NCBI GenBank assembly: GCA_003693705.1
Contig: RBZT01000703.1
Span: 34,919-98,918, forward strand
Direction: 5' to 3'
From: Polymyxa betae A26-41
Lineage: Eukaryota > Protista > Endomyxa: Phytomyxea
Length of the DNA: 64,000 nt
Part shown: positions 12,501-23,189 of the stretch, piece by piece
Numbering within the stretch: position 1 is the first letter of the stretch
Layout: each line of letters begins with the position of its first letter
The notes under the pieces: generated by a model
What the model was told of the DNA's origin: nothing
Databases searched by the model: none
What the model saw: only the letters and a program-made list of their open reading frames with translations
Program-made: the position numbers and the translations under genes

Positions 12501-14397
12501 GAGTCAGTCCTTCAATATCAGGAGCCGAAAGAACGATTTGCAAAAATTCATCCGATCCCTAAAACGCTCATCAAAGGCTGCCGGGAGTAAAATCATCAAC
12601 CTACCATTCGACACGATTCTATAAGCAAACTTAAAACATCAGGATGGCCGTGTCGAGATGCCTCATAAACAGGAGAACGCCCAGTGACATCGTACGTGTC
12701 CGCTTTCGAGCCAGCATCAAGCAGAAGTCGTACGGCTTCCAGGCTTCCTTGCCTTCAACAATGCGTCAGGAGGTGACGACGATCAAGAGCAATACAAAAC
12801 CTGGCGGCAAAGTGCAGAGGCACCTGACTGTACCAATTAAAGCCATCAATGCGAGCTCCACTATCAATGATGACCGCAATAGCAGCAGCACTGCCGTTTC
12901 GAGCAGCAACGGATAATGCTGGATTCCTTAGAGAACGGTAAGATTCAATGCACATGCAATGGAAGCTTTGGGAACCCTTCCATATCCCGGACGCTGAGTT
13001 TCGCTCCAGCATTAATCAGCAGCTTGACAATGGCAGCATCATCAGCCATAGCAGCGTAATGAATCGGGCAATGCAGCTCCATGTCTTTACAGTTCAGCTC
13101 GGCCTGTTTGTAGATCAAGTTTTGATAAAAGAGCAGAAAAGTTCTGGTACATTCGCCTTAATAAGAATATCTACACATGCAATGCATCGTGCTATTACTG
13201 CAGTATGCAGTGCAGTCCGATCTAGCCGGCCGACAGCTGAGACATTGGCCCCTCCTTGGATGAGAATTGACGCCATCTCAGCGAAACGATTATTACCTGA
13301 AAGTATAAGTTACGACGCAATCATACGAACAGTAATCAATTACACGCTATCAAAAGGGCAGTGTTTCCTTCGCTATCCATAGCGTCGAGATTTTTCACGA
13401 ACTGAAGCAATTCTTTGACAGCAGCTACGTTGTTCTGTTCAACGGCATGAAAGAACATTTCTTGCAGGTCGATCCTCAACGCCGAACTGCTCAATCTGGC
13501 CCCTTCCGAATTCGACTGTAATGCGATCTGCAATCTGTTAACAACATGCTGCAAATCCATTGATGATGGCTACCGATCGTAACAGATCAGTTAGCACGCT
13601 GGATCTCGGTCCATCAACTTCGTGGAGGCTCTTTCTGGAGTCCGAGCACCATTGCAGTAAACTGTCGACCTGGCTGTTGTCTTCATACTTTGTGACGATT
13701 GAAGCAGTAAATTCCTTCAAGTTCCCTCCTACAGAAACAGTTTAAGATTCGGATTACCAGAAAGGCGGAACAGACCAGGGCACTGTTTATCATACTTCTT
13801 GGCGATTTTAGCGAAACCCTCTCGGTTAAGATCACAGAAGCTCCGAAGGTTCGTTAATTCCTGCGTTTTTTTAAATACAACATACAGCTGAGCTGTTGGG
13901 TGTATTACCTGTTCCACGATACCAATGGCTTGCTCTAGAGAAATTTCTGATGCAGATCGCGCGGATTTAGGAAGAGATTCCAGTTCATTAATGCGATTAC
14001 TAATGACTTTCTTCCGAACTTCCATTTGCAGTAATTTCGCCAACAAGAATGAATCCACTGCGAGCGAACCGGCCATCAGAAAAAATCCTGAAAAACGAGC
14101 AAACAGGTCACCTTTCTTCATTTCGCTTCTAATTCTATCCATGAACATCTGAATCTGCAACGCGAAATTAAGCGAGATTGACGAAAAAAACAAATCTGAA
14201 TTCACCTGCTTTGGTGTAGCATTCTGACGACCGTCTTTTTCGTTATGCTCTCGCGTCTGCTTGATGACGCCTTTCAATGTTGAATAAGCAATATATCGGT
14301 TTGTCCTGTTTATCAATATCAGCCAGCAAAGCCAGCACCACTCTTCCGGGTACCATTTCGGCAAGCGTTTGGTTCGAAGTTGCTGGCCAAATTTCAT
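9539..14397 (-). CDS. GDE1: Glycerophosphocholine phosphodiesterase with SPX, ankyrin-repeat, CBM20 and GDPD domains; many exons
   Basis: SPX: MKFGQQL, YIAYSTLKGVIK, LNREGFAKIAKKYDK. Ankyrin: GNTALLIAC, GLTPLHTAAYHGH, GWTPRDYA. CBM20: CICGDTPGFGSWDPAHAIPL...IEYKY. GDPD: IIGHRGSG, ENTILSF, EFDVQLT, FNIELKYP. Confidence 0.9.
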
Positions 14398-14776
14398 GCT
14401 GCTGTGCCGCTTTTACAGCACAGCTGCAATATAATGGCTGGTGTATGTAGTCGCCGTTTGGTCAGGTGGGATGGCGCGACCCTCTCTACTGTTACAACCC
14501 GGTCTCAGAGCTCGGACGCTAAATGCTATCGATGCATCTAATTATTACCAGCAATACGATGCGATCAAGGTCGCCAAGCGTCCGTTACGACGATTTGTCG
14601 ACAGACTTCGACGAAAAAGTCCAGAAAGGATGCCGGGCTGCGCCCAGATAGGCAGAGCGGGCAATCCGGGTTCCAGGTGCGGCGGGCGTCAGTCATCGTG
14701 CAAATCAAAGGTTCTGGAGAATCTAGAGGCGTTGCCATATAGTAAGAATAACAAGGAAGAGAAATATAGTGTTAAA

Positions 14777-16126
14777 TCAATCGTTGTGTATTTCTTGAGA
14801 AGATCGAATAAATAATAAGATGCTAACTCTGGAAAAAGCAATCACTTCCTTCAATGTGGAAACAAGCAGCAAAGGATTATCGGTATCAAGCGTCCATACC
14901 ATGTTATATACTGGATCTGAAAACTGCAAACGACCAGCAAACTTCGCAGTTTCATCCTCGGTGAATTCATATACCAGAATCTCCTGCACCCAAGATCCGA
15001 TAAGCAAGAATTCCCCGAATGGATCGAATGAGAACGAGGTTAAACAATCGCTTGTATCGGATTCGGATAAGAATGTCAACGAATCGTGACTGGCCTATAT
15101 ATCACAATCAGCATGTCTGAATAATGCATCATCAGATACATTACATCTAGTCCTTTTTCCACATTATGGAACATGAATGCACCACCAAGAGCAGCGACAG
15201 CAACCAACGATATGGCACTTGTGCCTTGATACAATCTAACTGCAGGTAGAGGGCCATCTAACAAAAAGACACCAATCTTGGACCATTGAAATTCGCAATC
15301 GCCTGGGGTTGCTTTACAAACGATAATGGTGCCGTCATTACATCCGGCAGCGATAATCCTCGATTCCTAGCAATACCCATTAACAATTGGATGCCTGGTT
15401 GCCAAAAATCGACCGACGTCCTTCCAAAGAGAATCGATGGACATTATGGGGCTTGGTAGCTGATAGAAAATACTATGTGGAAACGATGTGTCTCTCACAT
15501 CTTCCAGGGACAAACAGCTTAGAATGTGAACGGAGCCATCTGACCCGGATACTAAGACATTGGGGTTATCATGGCTACCGGGATGTTATCCTAAGAATTA
15601 TAGGAAAGAATGATAGCTTACTTTCGTATCGGATCCGGGATGTTCGAGATGACAAACGGCACATAAGCAACCTTCCGACAGACAGAAAATTGGATAGAAC
15701 TACACCTTCACTGACGAATTATGGTAAGCAAGGTGATAATTATTGTTAGACGATACCTAGTTGAGAACTGGACGATAAACTGGCAAGACGTGACAATTTC
15801 ATCATCAACAGATCCAGAGCAAGTAGCGCCGGCAATATACGAAACGTCAGCCTTGGTATCGTCCCAAGCATGAATGGAGATGAGTTCTCCTGTGAGATCT
15901 AAGTCTAATTCCAATGGCTTCAGGAATTTCCTATCAAGACTGAGCTGGAATATTGAATTCGTTGCTATGGCTATCGTCACAAACAGAAGTTTGGCCAGCG
16001 AGAATCAGCAAACCTTGGCAACCGATTAATAACCCTAGACATTGGCTGTAGGCCGACAAATAAAGACTAGAATGACATCCACGAGGCATTCGCTCCGATA
16101 GCACAGGATCGGGGCTCGCCATCATC
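14777..16126 (-). CDS. KPTN: Kaptin-like beta-propeller protein (KICSTOR subunit homolog), multi-exon; last exon uncertain
   Basis: AAGCNDGTI, LDGPLPAVRLY, SESDTSDCLTS...LLIGSWVQEILVY...FSDPVYNM...LLVSTLKEV occur in the same order as the kaptin motifs I recall (DGPISRV, GSDQFDSVLC, LVATYGQELLCY, FSSPLLAM, AVVSLKGV). Confidence 0.65.
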
Positions 16127-16205
16127 ACATGACAGCTAATTAGAACAGCGACGCTGTTTTTATTCCGAATAGAAGTACAAGTATTATAATTGAGAATTTT
16201 GAGGA

Positions 16206-16496
16206 TTAAGACCACGCGTAATCGGGGTACCGCTGGTGTAGGTCCCAGACAATGTTCCTGTTGAGTGTTGATATCTCTCTTTTTATATCATTGGTCTCCT
16301 TTCTTAACTCATTGAACGTGGTTGAGAGATCCACCCTCATATCGTGCAGCGTCTTTACGATGGTCAGTAAGTTACCGTTGATCTCCTGAAACAGACGGTT
16401 GGAGCGGCGTTCATGATAGGCACCGATCAGACACGATATCATAGCTATCAGGAGAAAAAGGATCAGAACACAGCAGACTGCAATAATTAAATCCAT
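16206..16496 (-). CDS. Small orphan protein (96 aa) with N-terminal TM and coiled coil
   Basis: Clean ATG-to-TAA intronless ORF; hydrophobic residues ~3-25 followed by a heptad pattern. Confidence 0.55.
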   Translation of the reverse strand: MDLIIAVCCVLILFLLIAMISCLIGAYHERRSNRLFQEINGNLLTIVKTLHDMRVDLSTTFNELRKETNDIKREISTLNRNIVWDLHQRYPDYAWS

Positions 16497-16974
16497 CTAA
16501 GCGGCCGACCTCCGATGGCAGCTCCGACATGGTCCACAAGAAAGCTCACGATGTTTCGTCCATAGTTGATACTAGTTCTGAAAACAGGGGAGCAGGGGAA
16601 AGATGCGAATACGGCAATTGTAATAAACCGAGAACCGTTCGAGGAAGGGGAAGAAGTAGAGAGCAGGGACTGGATCAAAAGGAAGAATTAAGCGGGACGA
16701 GGAGGAGAGCTGGGGAAAGGAACAGAGGAGCGGGAATACCCTACGATTTAAAGAAATCAATAAAGGTTCGGTTCAAAACGACGTTGAACGAACTGATCAT
16801 GAAGGCCCAGTTCGTTCCATCAGTTCGTTCCTGTTGCAAGCTTTATTGGATTGGTTATCCGTTACAATGTACACCTGATAAATATCTAGGGCAGCTACCG
16901 TTGGTTATGACAGCAATGCGTCAGCGCACAGGAAGAGGAACTCCCCAACAAAAGATGAGATATACCATAAAGTA

Positions 16975-17554
16975 CTCCCTCTGGTCAGAAATACCTCAAT
17001 AATAAGTGTCCGATTCACGCAGTTCCTCAAACTTAGTGTGAATTTCTTGTATATATCCCGTGGTTGCGATTTTGCCGTAGTTCTTGTTCCGTTTACGGTA
17101 TCTATATTTCTCTACATTAGCTTTATAATAAATGGGGCTGCGCTATGGCGACTACCCGGACTACGGTAGAAGATTGCCTGGAAAACACCCGCTGAGGTTC
17201 TGGATTGCAACCAATCATCATGACTAATGTCGCTGAATCTACCCACGGTGCCAAGAAGCCGAATGCTACAAATGAAGAGAGAGTAGGCATCCTACAGATT
17301 CTGCAGTAAACATTAACGGCAAAAAGCTAAGAAAAGGAGCCATTCAAGAAATTGCATCCAAATTCCAAAAATCATCGAAGACAATTTCACGAATTTGGAG
17401 TAAAGCTCGAAAAAGCCTTCATAAGGGTTTAACAAGGCGGAAAGCGTCTTGATTGCATTAGAAAACCAATAAAGCTATGAGATTCAGATACTGGACACTT
17501 ATTTCTGACCAAAATTATCAGTGGAATGGGACACTTATTTCTGACCAGAGGGAG
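16975..17554 (+). mobile_element. Internally deleted Tc1/mariner (plant-type mariner/Stowaway-like) DNA transposon, 580 bp, TA target-site duplication
   Basis: TA|CTCCCTCTGGTCAGAAATA...AGTGTCC at left and GGACACTTATTTCTGACCAGAGGGAG|TA at right, with a frameshifted transposase HTH remnant inside. Confidence 0.9.
17220..17472 (+). pseudogene. Mariner transposase remnant (N-terminal HTH joined to a probable C-terminal tail; catalytic domain deleted)
   Basis: MTNVAESTHGAKKPNATNEERVGILQILQ/(frameshift)/NINGKKLRKGAIQEIASKFQKSSKTISRIWSKARKS matches the N-terminal pattern of plant/oomycete mariner transposases. Confidence 0.8.
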
Positions 17555-18383
17555 TAAAATGTTTTATCAAATCGTTTGAGGATTTGGGTTCCCTAGATTA
17601 AAGAGAGAAAGAAGATGAGAAAACTGACGAAATGAAGAATTTTAGTGCTACAGACTTGTCAACAACTACCACCCATCTCCAACCTCAGCTTCGTTACTGG
17701 GTGTAGGTGGTGCTCCTTTCTTTCATTCAATACTGTGGATCATTTTTTGTTTGGTGAATGACTCGGGAGAAAAGTGGGGATTGAATTGGTGGACGTATTT
17801 TTGGGTCCTTTAGATCATTTAGGTATGGCCGTATGGGAGCGTTATTTTGGATTTTCCTACTTTGTTTTGGGGCGGGTATGATTTGTGGATTTTGGATTAC
17901 AGTTTTTGGATTCTGAAAATTGGATGGGCGGACTAGATTTCTATTTTGGTTTTTTGGGATGGGGTATGTATATGGATGTCATTTTCAAAGTTTAGTCGGG
18001 AAAAATATCGACACCTTCACCTTTTTTTTGGCGATATATTTTAAGAATGATTGCTACTTTGCGAAATGTTGCCACATTCTCGCAAACTGAACAAAGTTCC
18101 GGACGGAATATAGAAGTTACGTTAGAGCGCTCGCAAATTGTAGTCCCTAAGAAAAAACACGTTTTAAATGGAATCAGGACCAAGCTCAGTAACAAATGAG
18201 TTCATAAAAAGTCATCAACGAAACTATGATCCGTTTGAGTGTCGTCTTGATAGATTTTTTAGCCACTGAGCCAAAGAAAAAATTGGAAAAAGCTGACTGG
18301 TCGAAAGTCATTTACGGACAAATTTTTTAGGTGGCCATCATTGGCTGACTCACTATTATTTTGTTTTCGTTCGAGACAAAGGG

Positions 18384-18876
18384 ATGATGCTCTCTCGAAT
18401 TGTTCGCTTGCGATCTAATCGGCTCGCCCAAGTTTGCCCACGATTCTACCACAAAAACGTCATTGATCATTATGAGAACCCGAGGAATGTGGGGACGCTC
18501 GATCGTAAAGACAAATCGGTCGGGACCGGGCTCGTTGGTGCCCCTGCTTGTGGTGATGTTTTACGCCTACAGATCAAGGTAGGCCAGCCAAACTTCCCGC
18601 CTCGTAATTACTGATCAATATCAGGTTAATGAAGAGGGCATTATCAGCGATGCCAAATTCAAAACATTCGGTTGTGGCTCTGCTATCGCATCTTCGTCGC
18701 TAGCCTCCGAGTGGGTTATTGGAAGGAGTGTTGACAGTGTTACCGAGATCAGGAACACTGATATTGCCAAGCATCTTAACCTACCTCCAGTAAAGATGCA
18801 TTGCTCGATGCTTGCAGAAGATGCTATTAAATCAGCTGTTGAGGATTACAAGAAGAAGAACACCGCCTCCGGTTGA
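18384..18876 (+). CDS. ISCU: Mitochondrial Fe-S cluster scaffold IscU; 2 exons (intron 18579-18624)
   Basis: YHKNVIDHYENPRNVG, GLVGAPACGDVLRLQIKV, FKTFGCGSAIASSS, LNLPPVKMHCSMLAEDAIK. Confidence 0.98.
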
Positions 18877-18935
18877 TCAAAAGATATACGCTACATAATC
18901 TTTTAATTAAATTACAGTAGATTTATCATCAAATT

Positions 18936-20875
18936 CTAATTACTCTCTGATACAATTGATTCCGGTGATTCTGCTGATCTGTTTTGCGTTGCAGCGAATT
19001 CGTTACGATGTAACTGAGGGCGTTCGCAAGCTACTGAAGCGCTTTGCTCTGTTGTAGCAGCCGATTCTACAAAGCTTGCCGTCGTAGCCGATTCTGCAGA
19101 GGATATGTTAGCGGCTGATTCTGCAAGAGTAGCTAGAGCAAGAGCGAGATCATCCGATTCCGATTCGTTAGTTACTGTTAAGACTTGCCGAAATCCTTCT
19201 TCCAATAGCGGCCTACGCAAAATCAATGAGCAAGATCCAGAGGACAAATGTGATCGTAACCGTTCGAATTCCTGTACGAAACGAAGCAGAACGTCAACGC
19301 TGGCAGGATGGGCAGCCAACGTTGGATGTCCGTCGCGGGTTAGAATTCGATGAGCACAAAGCTGCGGTCGCGTATCGAAGAGCACCCCAAGAACATTGGC
19401 AACGCGCTCGGACCGTGCCAGATCCAGAAAGAACGCTCGCTGCTTCACTGAGATATTCGTTCGGTCGATGATCACAGATGACCCGGTAGCCAAAGCTTCT
19501 CGAGCTGCACGAAGACAATTATCTCTGGTTCTCAGTTCATCCTAGGAGAAAATGCTTCTCAAACCACAGCACATCCGAAGATTCTGTGTACCTGATTGAT
19601 GCGAACGAACCGTGTCGATAATGCCAGAAGGTTCGTAGCGAAGAAGCTTTTCCCACAACCTGGTAACCCACAGAGTATCAGCATGGTCCTTTGATCAACC
19701 TGGGACTGTAATGGCGGCTTTGGATTCACAATAGTGGCAACAACGTTCCGGATCGCATCTTGAAATTGGTACCATTTCCTTTGCGGCAATCCCAGCGTTT
19801 CGAAATTGACATCTTCCTGGTCTCGTAGTAATTGACGAATTCGCTTCTCCAGCCCCATATCAAAATATCGCCATCGATCTTGCTCGATCATATTGGTGGT
19901 GCACTCCCAAACAGTTGCATCAATCAAGGAACCTTCCTCGTTGGTGAGGCACAGCCATTCGCCACGAGAGCGCATTCGAGGAGATTTGAAGTTCTCGGGA
20001 ATGTGATCGGGAAGCGTTCTAATTTTGGCGACCTGGTATTCAATCATGTTTAATTGAATGGGAGTAATCGGTTCCCGAACACAAGGATAGATGGATCCGT
20101 CTTTAGTGGCCGCCCATAATGGCAACAGACCCCGATCAAGGCCATGATGCACAAGGCCAGGCAAACGATCGCCGCACAAATCAAACGTCATCGATTGCCA
20201 TCGTTCATCTTGGAGCAGTTGTAATTCAGGAACGAAATTTAAGGGGGTATCGCCAAACAAGAGCGACAAAATTTCCAGGCTGCGATCGCCTAATTCCAGA
20301 TTCCGGCTTCCGCTGATTCTGGGGCATCGACAAGCTGAGATGGCGACCTCTCCATCGACTACAACCTTGAAGAAGGTGATTTGAATCACGCCATCTGGTA
20401 TGGGAATAAATCCATAGCACTTCGCGGTCGAAGGAAAATCGACAAGACGTCGATCAGATAGATCGGCCAGGTTGTGACGTACAGAACGGATGATAGGACA
20501 AGGAGGGATGAGAAAGCAACCATCCGTATCTGAGGCGATTGCCACGAATCCTGCTCTCTCTCCAGATCGACAGATAGCTCCAGGAACAGATGACGAATCG
20601 CTGAACGGGTTCGATAAAGACAGAAACTGAAGCTCTCGACAAGATTGCGTCCCAATACAGGCGGAAGCCTGCTTCAGAATTTTATCGACATCTGGAGCGA
20701 TTCTTAATGGAGCAGCAGGGGCCGGAGGCAGCGCATGTGGGGTTGTTATTGGATATGACTCGATTGGCAATGATGGAGCTGCATCAGCGGTACCTATCTG
20801 GTCTGCGTGAGGTGCAGGTCGTGCAGGCGGTGGTGGCATACAGAGATGTGGTCTAAGAGAGTTCAGATTTGTCAT
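18936..20875 (-). CDS. Degenerate RNA-ligase-like domain fused to an AAA_33/polynucleotide kinase-like P-loop domain; about 3 exons
   Basis: Kinase: ILCGLPGCGKS, INQDEL, VIIDRTN, RDGHPTL. The N-terminal region keeps ligase-like motif spacing but lacks the catalytic Lys. Low-complexity ESA-repeat tail. Confidence 0.75.
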
Positions 20876-20999
20876 AGTGATCTGCTGACAATCACAAAGC
20901 GACGCTCCCGGACTGCGTCTCTGCTAATTGCTGGGCAATCCTCAGCAACATTTATTATAGGTAAATAATAAACCTGGAATAATCGATTAACAAAATCAT

Positions 21000-21635
21000 T
21001 TACACAAGAACCTGGCTGGTGCGGACAGGTTCGAAGGTCAACGACATGAATGCGGCTCGTAAACTTTGGTACAGATAGTATGCACAGTAGAAGTTAAACG
21101 GCTGTGATGCTGAGCTGAGTACCGTATAGCAATCAAAGGTACGATAGTCTCACCACGAATAATAAAACCTGACAGGATAAGAATAGCGATAGAAGCTTCA
21201 ATTGCAGCGGTGCGAGCGAAAAGAAGGATGAAATGCGGAAATCCAGCAGAATCATGGCGAGAACAATGACATCGCCAATGCCTGATATACACAGCAAGAC
21301 AAGATGCTGAACAGCACGTTAAAATCAGCATACGACTGCTGAGCACGATCTTACGACGAAAACGTATTCGGATTTATGTGAATATGCGCCATAGATTCCA
21401 GCAAGAAATGTGATAAAAGACGTCGTCATCATGAACCAGTACCTTGACGCGAAAGCGACCATCGTACAGATCTGCAGTCGCGTCAAAATTACAAATGCCC
21501 AAACAAGCGAGCTGAAATCACAATTTGGATCGTGGACAGCGCGATCACGCGCCGCCTCCAAATGTTAATAGCCTGGCGGCGAAGCCGTGCCAGATCCATG
21601 GGCAACAGGCTGGCACTCCCATCTGGCATTGTCAT
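21000..21635 (-). CDS. Small multi-pass membrane protein, multi-exon, function unknown
   Basis: Hydrophobic exons (ICTMVAFASRYWFMMTTSFITFLAGIYGAY; AIEASIAILILSGFII) separated by GT-AG introns. Confidence 0.6.
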
Positions 21636-22316
21636 GCCGATTAAGCAGTTAAGCACTTTGGGACCCTATCGCTCACTCCCTATAATCGGCAACAAACGAC
21701 GGCTTAAAAACATATGACACCGCGCATCGCATCACTATGTTCTCTGTATGGCTTATCTCGACCTCGAAATCAGCTGATAACGAAAGCACCAGCTAACCGA
21801 GTCTAGTTTTAACTCTGTCAATAATCCTACGTATCAATACGTCCTAAGCCGAAATGTTTTGCTTTCCACAGGGACAATCGCTTATTACTCGTCGTCTATA
21901 GGATAACAGGCACACTTTACTGAAACCCGCCATTCCAGGGCGAACAGCATAGACAAGGCCCAGGTTTCCGATGCCTGAATACAGCAAAACAATGTCCATC
22001 TGGGCTTCTGGAACACCTACCATCAGCCCCCTTTATCGGCAGGAACGGTGTGACGGGCAGCTGCCAGTCATCACGAAATTATCAGTCGCAGTTTGGGTCA
22101 GAACAAATAAGCGCCACTGGTTAGCAGCGTCTCTGTGTGATCTTTCATAGTAAAGTTGCAGACAGAGGAGTCGCCACTGTCACTACCGTCGTCTTCGGTC
22201 CCACCTCCTTCCCATCAGGTTTGACGAGTCGCTCTGCTCTTCATTCCCGTTATCGCTCGGTCCATCCGCAGTACGTTGTTTTTGGCTCGGCGTCGTCAAT
22301 TTGTTCAGCGTTCGCT

Positions 22317-22871
22317 ATGGAATGCTTACAGATCGCTGAGGATCGTTCGGGAGCGCAGCGCCGTTCACGACAGCCGCGGCCGATATGGAATCACAACGTC
22401 TCCCGCCGGTGCTCTGCGGATGCTTTGACGACCTCATCGTATTGTCGGTCGCTACGCTCACCGAGCTCAAGAACACATCGTGGCATCACCCGTCATCGCC
22501 GTTTCCATTACAGCTGCTCAAGCGAAGCTAGGTTTCCGATGAGGCAGCGTTCTGATTCTGGATTGCCACCATTACGATCGTTGGAATACGGCATGGGTCC
22601 TCATGGCGCCTATAACGGCGCTTGGAAGACATTACCCTCAGCGCCACATTTCTCGTACGATGATGATTCGTTCCACACGCCGTTGATGTTGTCTCTTGAC
22701 TGTCAGGCGCCAATCGAGGTGGTTAACGAGAGCCGATCACCAACGCCTTGTCTGAGCACGATTTGGCAACAGTTCCAGGGTGGAACCCGAGCATCAAGCC
22801 CATCTTCTCCAAGGGAATCAAGCGAACCAGAATCTCCAACAAGGCCAACGCCAAATATACTTCATAGTTGA
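22317..22871 (+). CDS. Ser/Pro/Arg-rich disordered ORF; may be the 5' part of the downstream MIF4G gene
   Basis: Open frame from ATG 22317 with no recognisable domain. A splice link to the 23.2-kb exons could not be established. Confidence 0.4.
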   Translation: MECLQIAEDRSGAQRRSRQPRPIWNHNVSRRCSADALTTSSYCRSLRSPSSRTHRGITRHRRFHYSCSSEARFPMRQRSDSGLPPLRSLEYGMGPHGAYNGAWKTLPSAPHFSYDDDSFHTPLMLSLDCQAPIEVVNESRSPTPCLSTIWQQFQGGTRASSPSSPRESSEPESPTRPTPNILHS

Positions 22872-23189
22872 TTCGTTTGCTGTGAAAATCATTGCATAAT
22901 AGTGAATTGGTAGAAGTTTTTTGTTGCAACATGCTGAACAGGAATCCGATCTCCAAAATCAACCTTAGAAGTAAATAGTTTTACAAAACTTGCATAGTTA
23001 GACACTATTGGGGCTGAGATTGGTTCCATAAAGCGACAATATTGATCTCAGAGTCCGTCCTTTGTCCTATCTCAATGATTGGTAAGCAGTTCCTCTCTGT
23101 GAAACGCAGCCCTGCTGGTGTAACAATGAACCTCTCGCACAATCACATTGGTCACAGTGTGATCCTCTTTCTTTCGGAACGTCACCCAG

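Noticed and set aside
14441-14815. 124-aa plus-strand ORF
   Set aside because: GTG start, no recognisable features; it lies in the promoter/3' spacer between two minus-strand genes.
16529-17002. 157-aa plus-strand ORF
   Set aside because: Runs through a purine-rich low-complexity tract into the mariner TIR; no protein-like signal.
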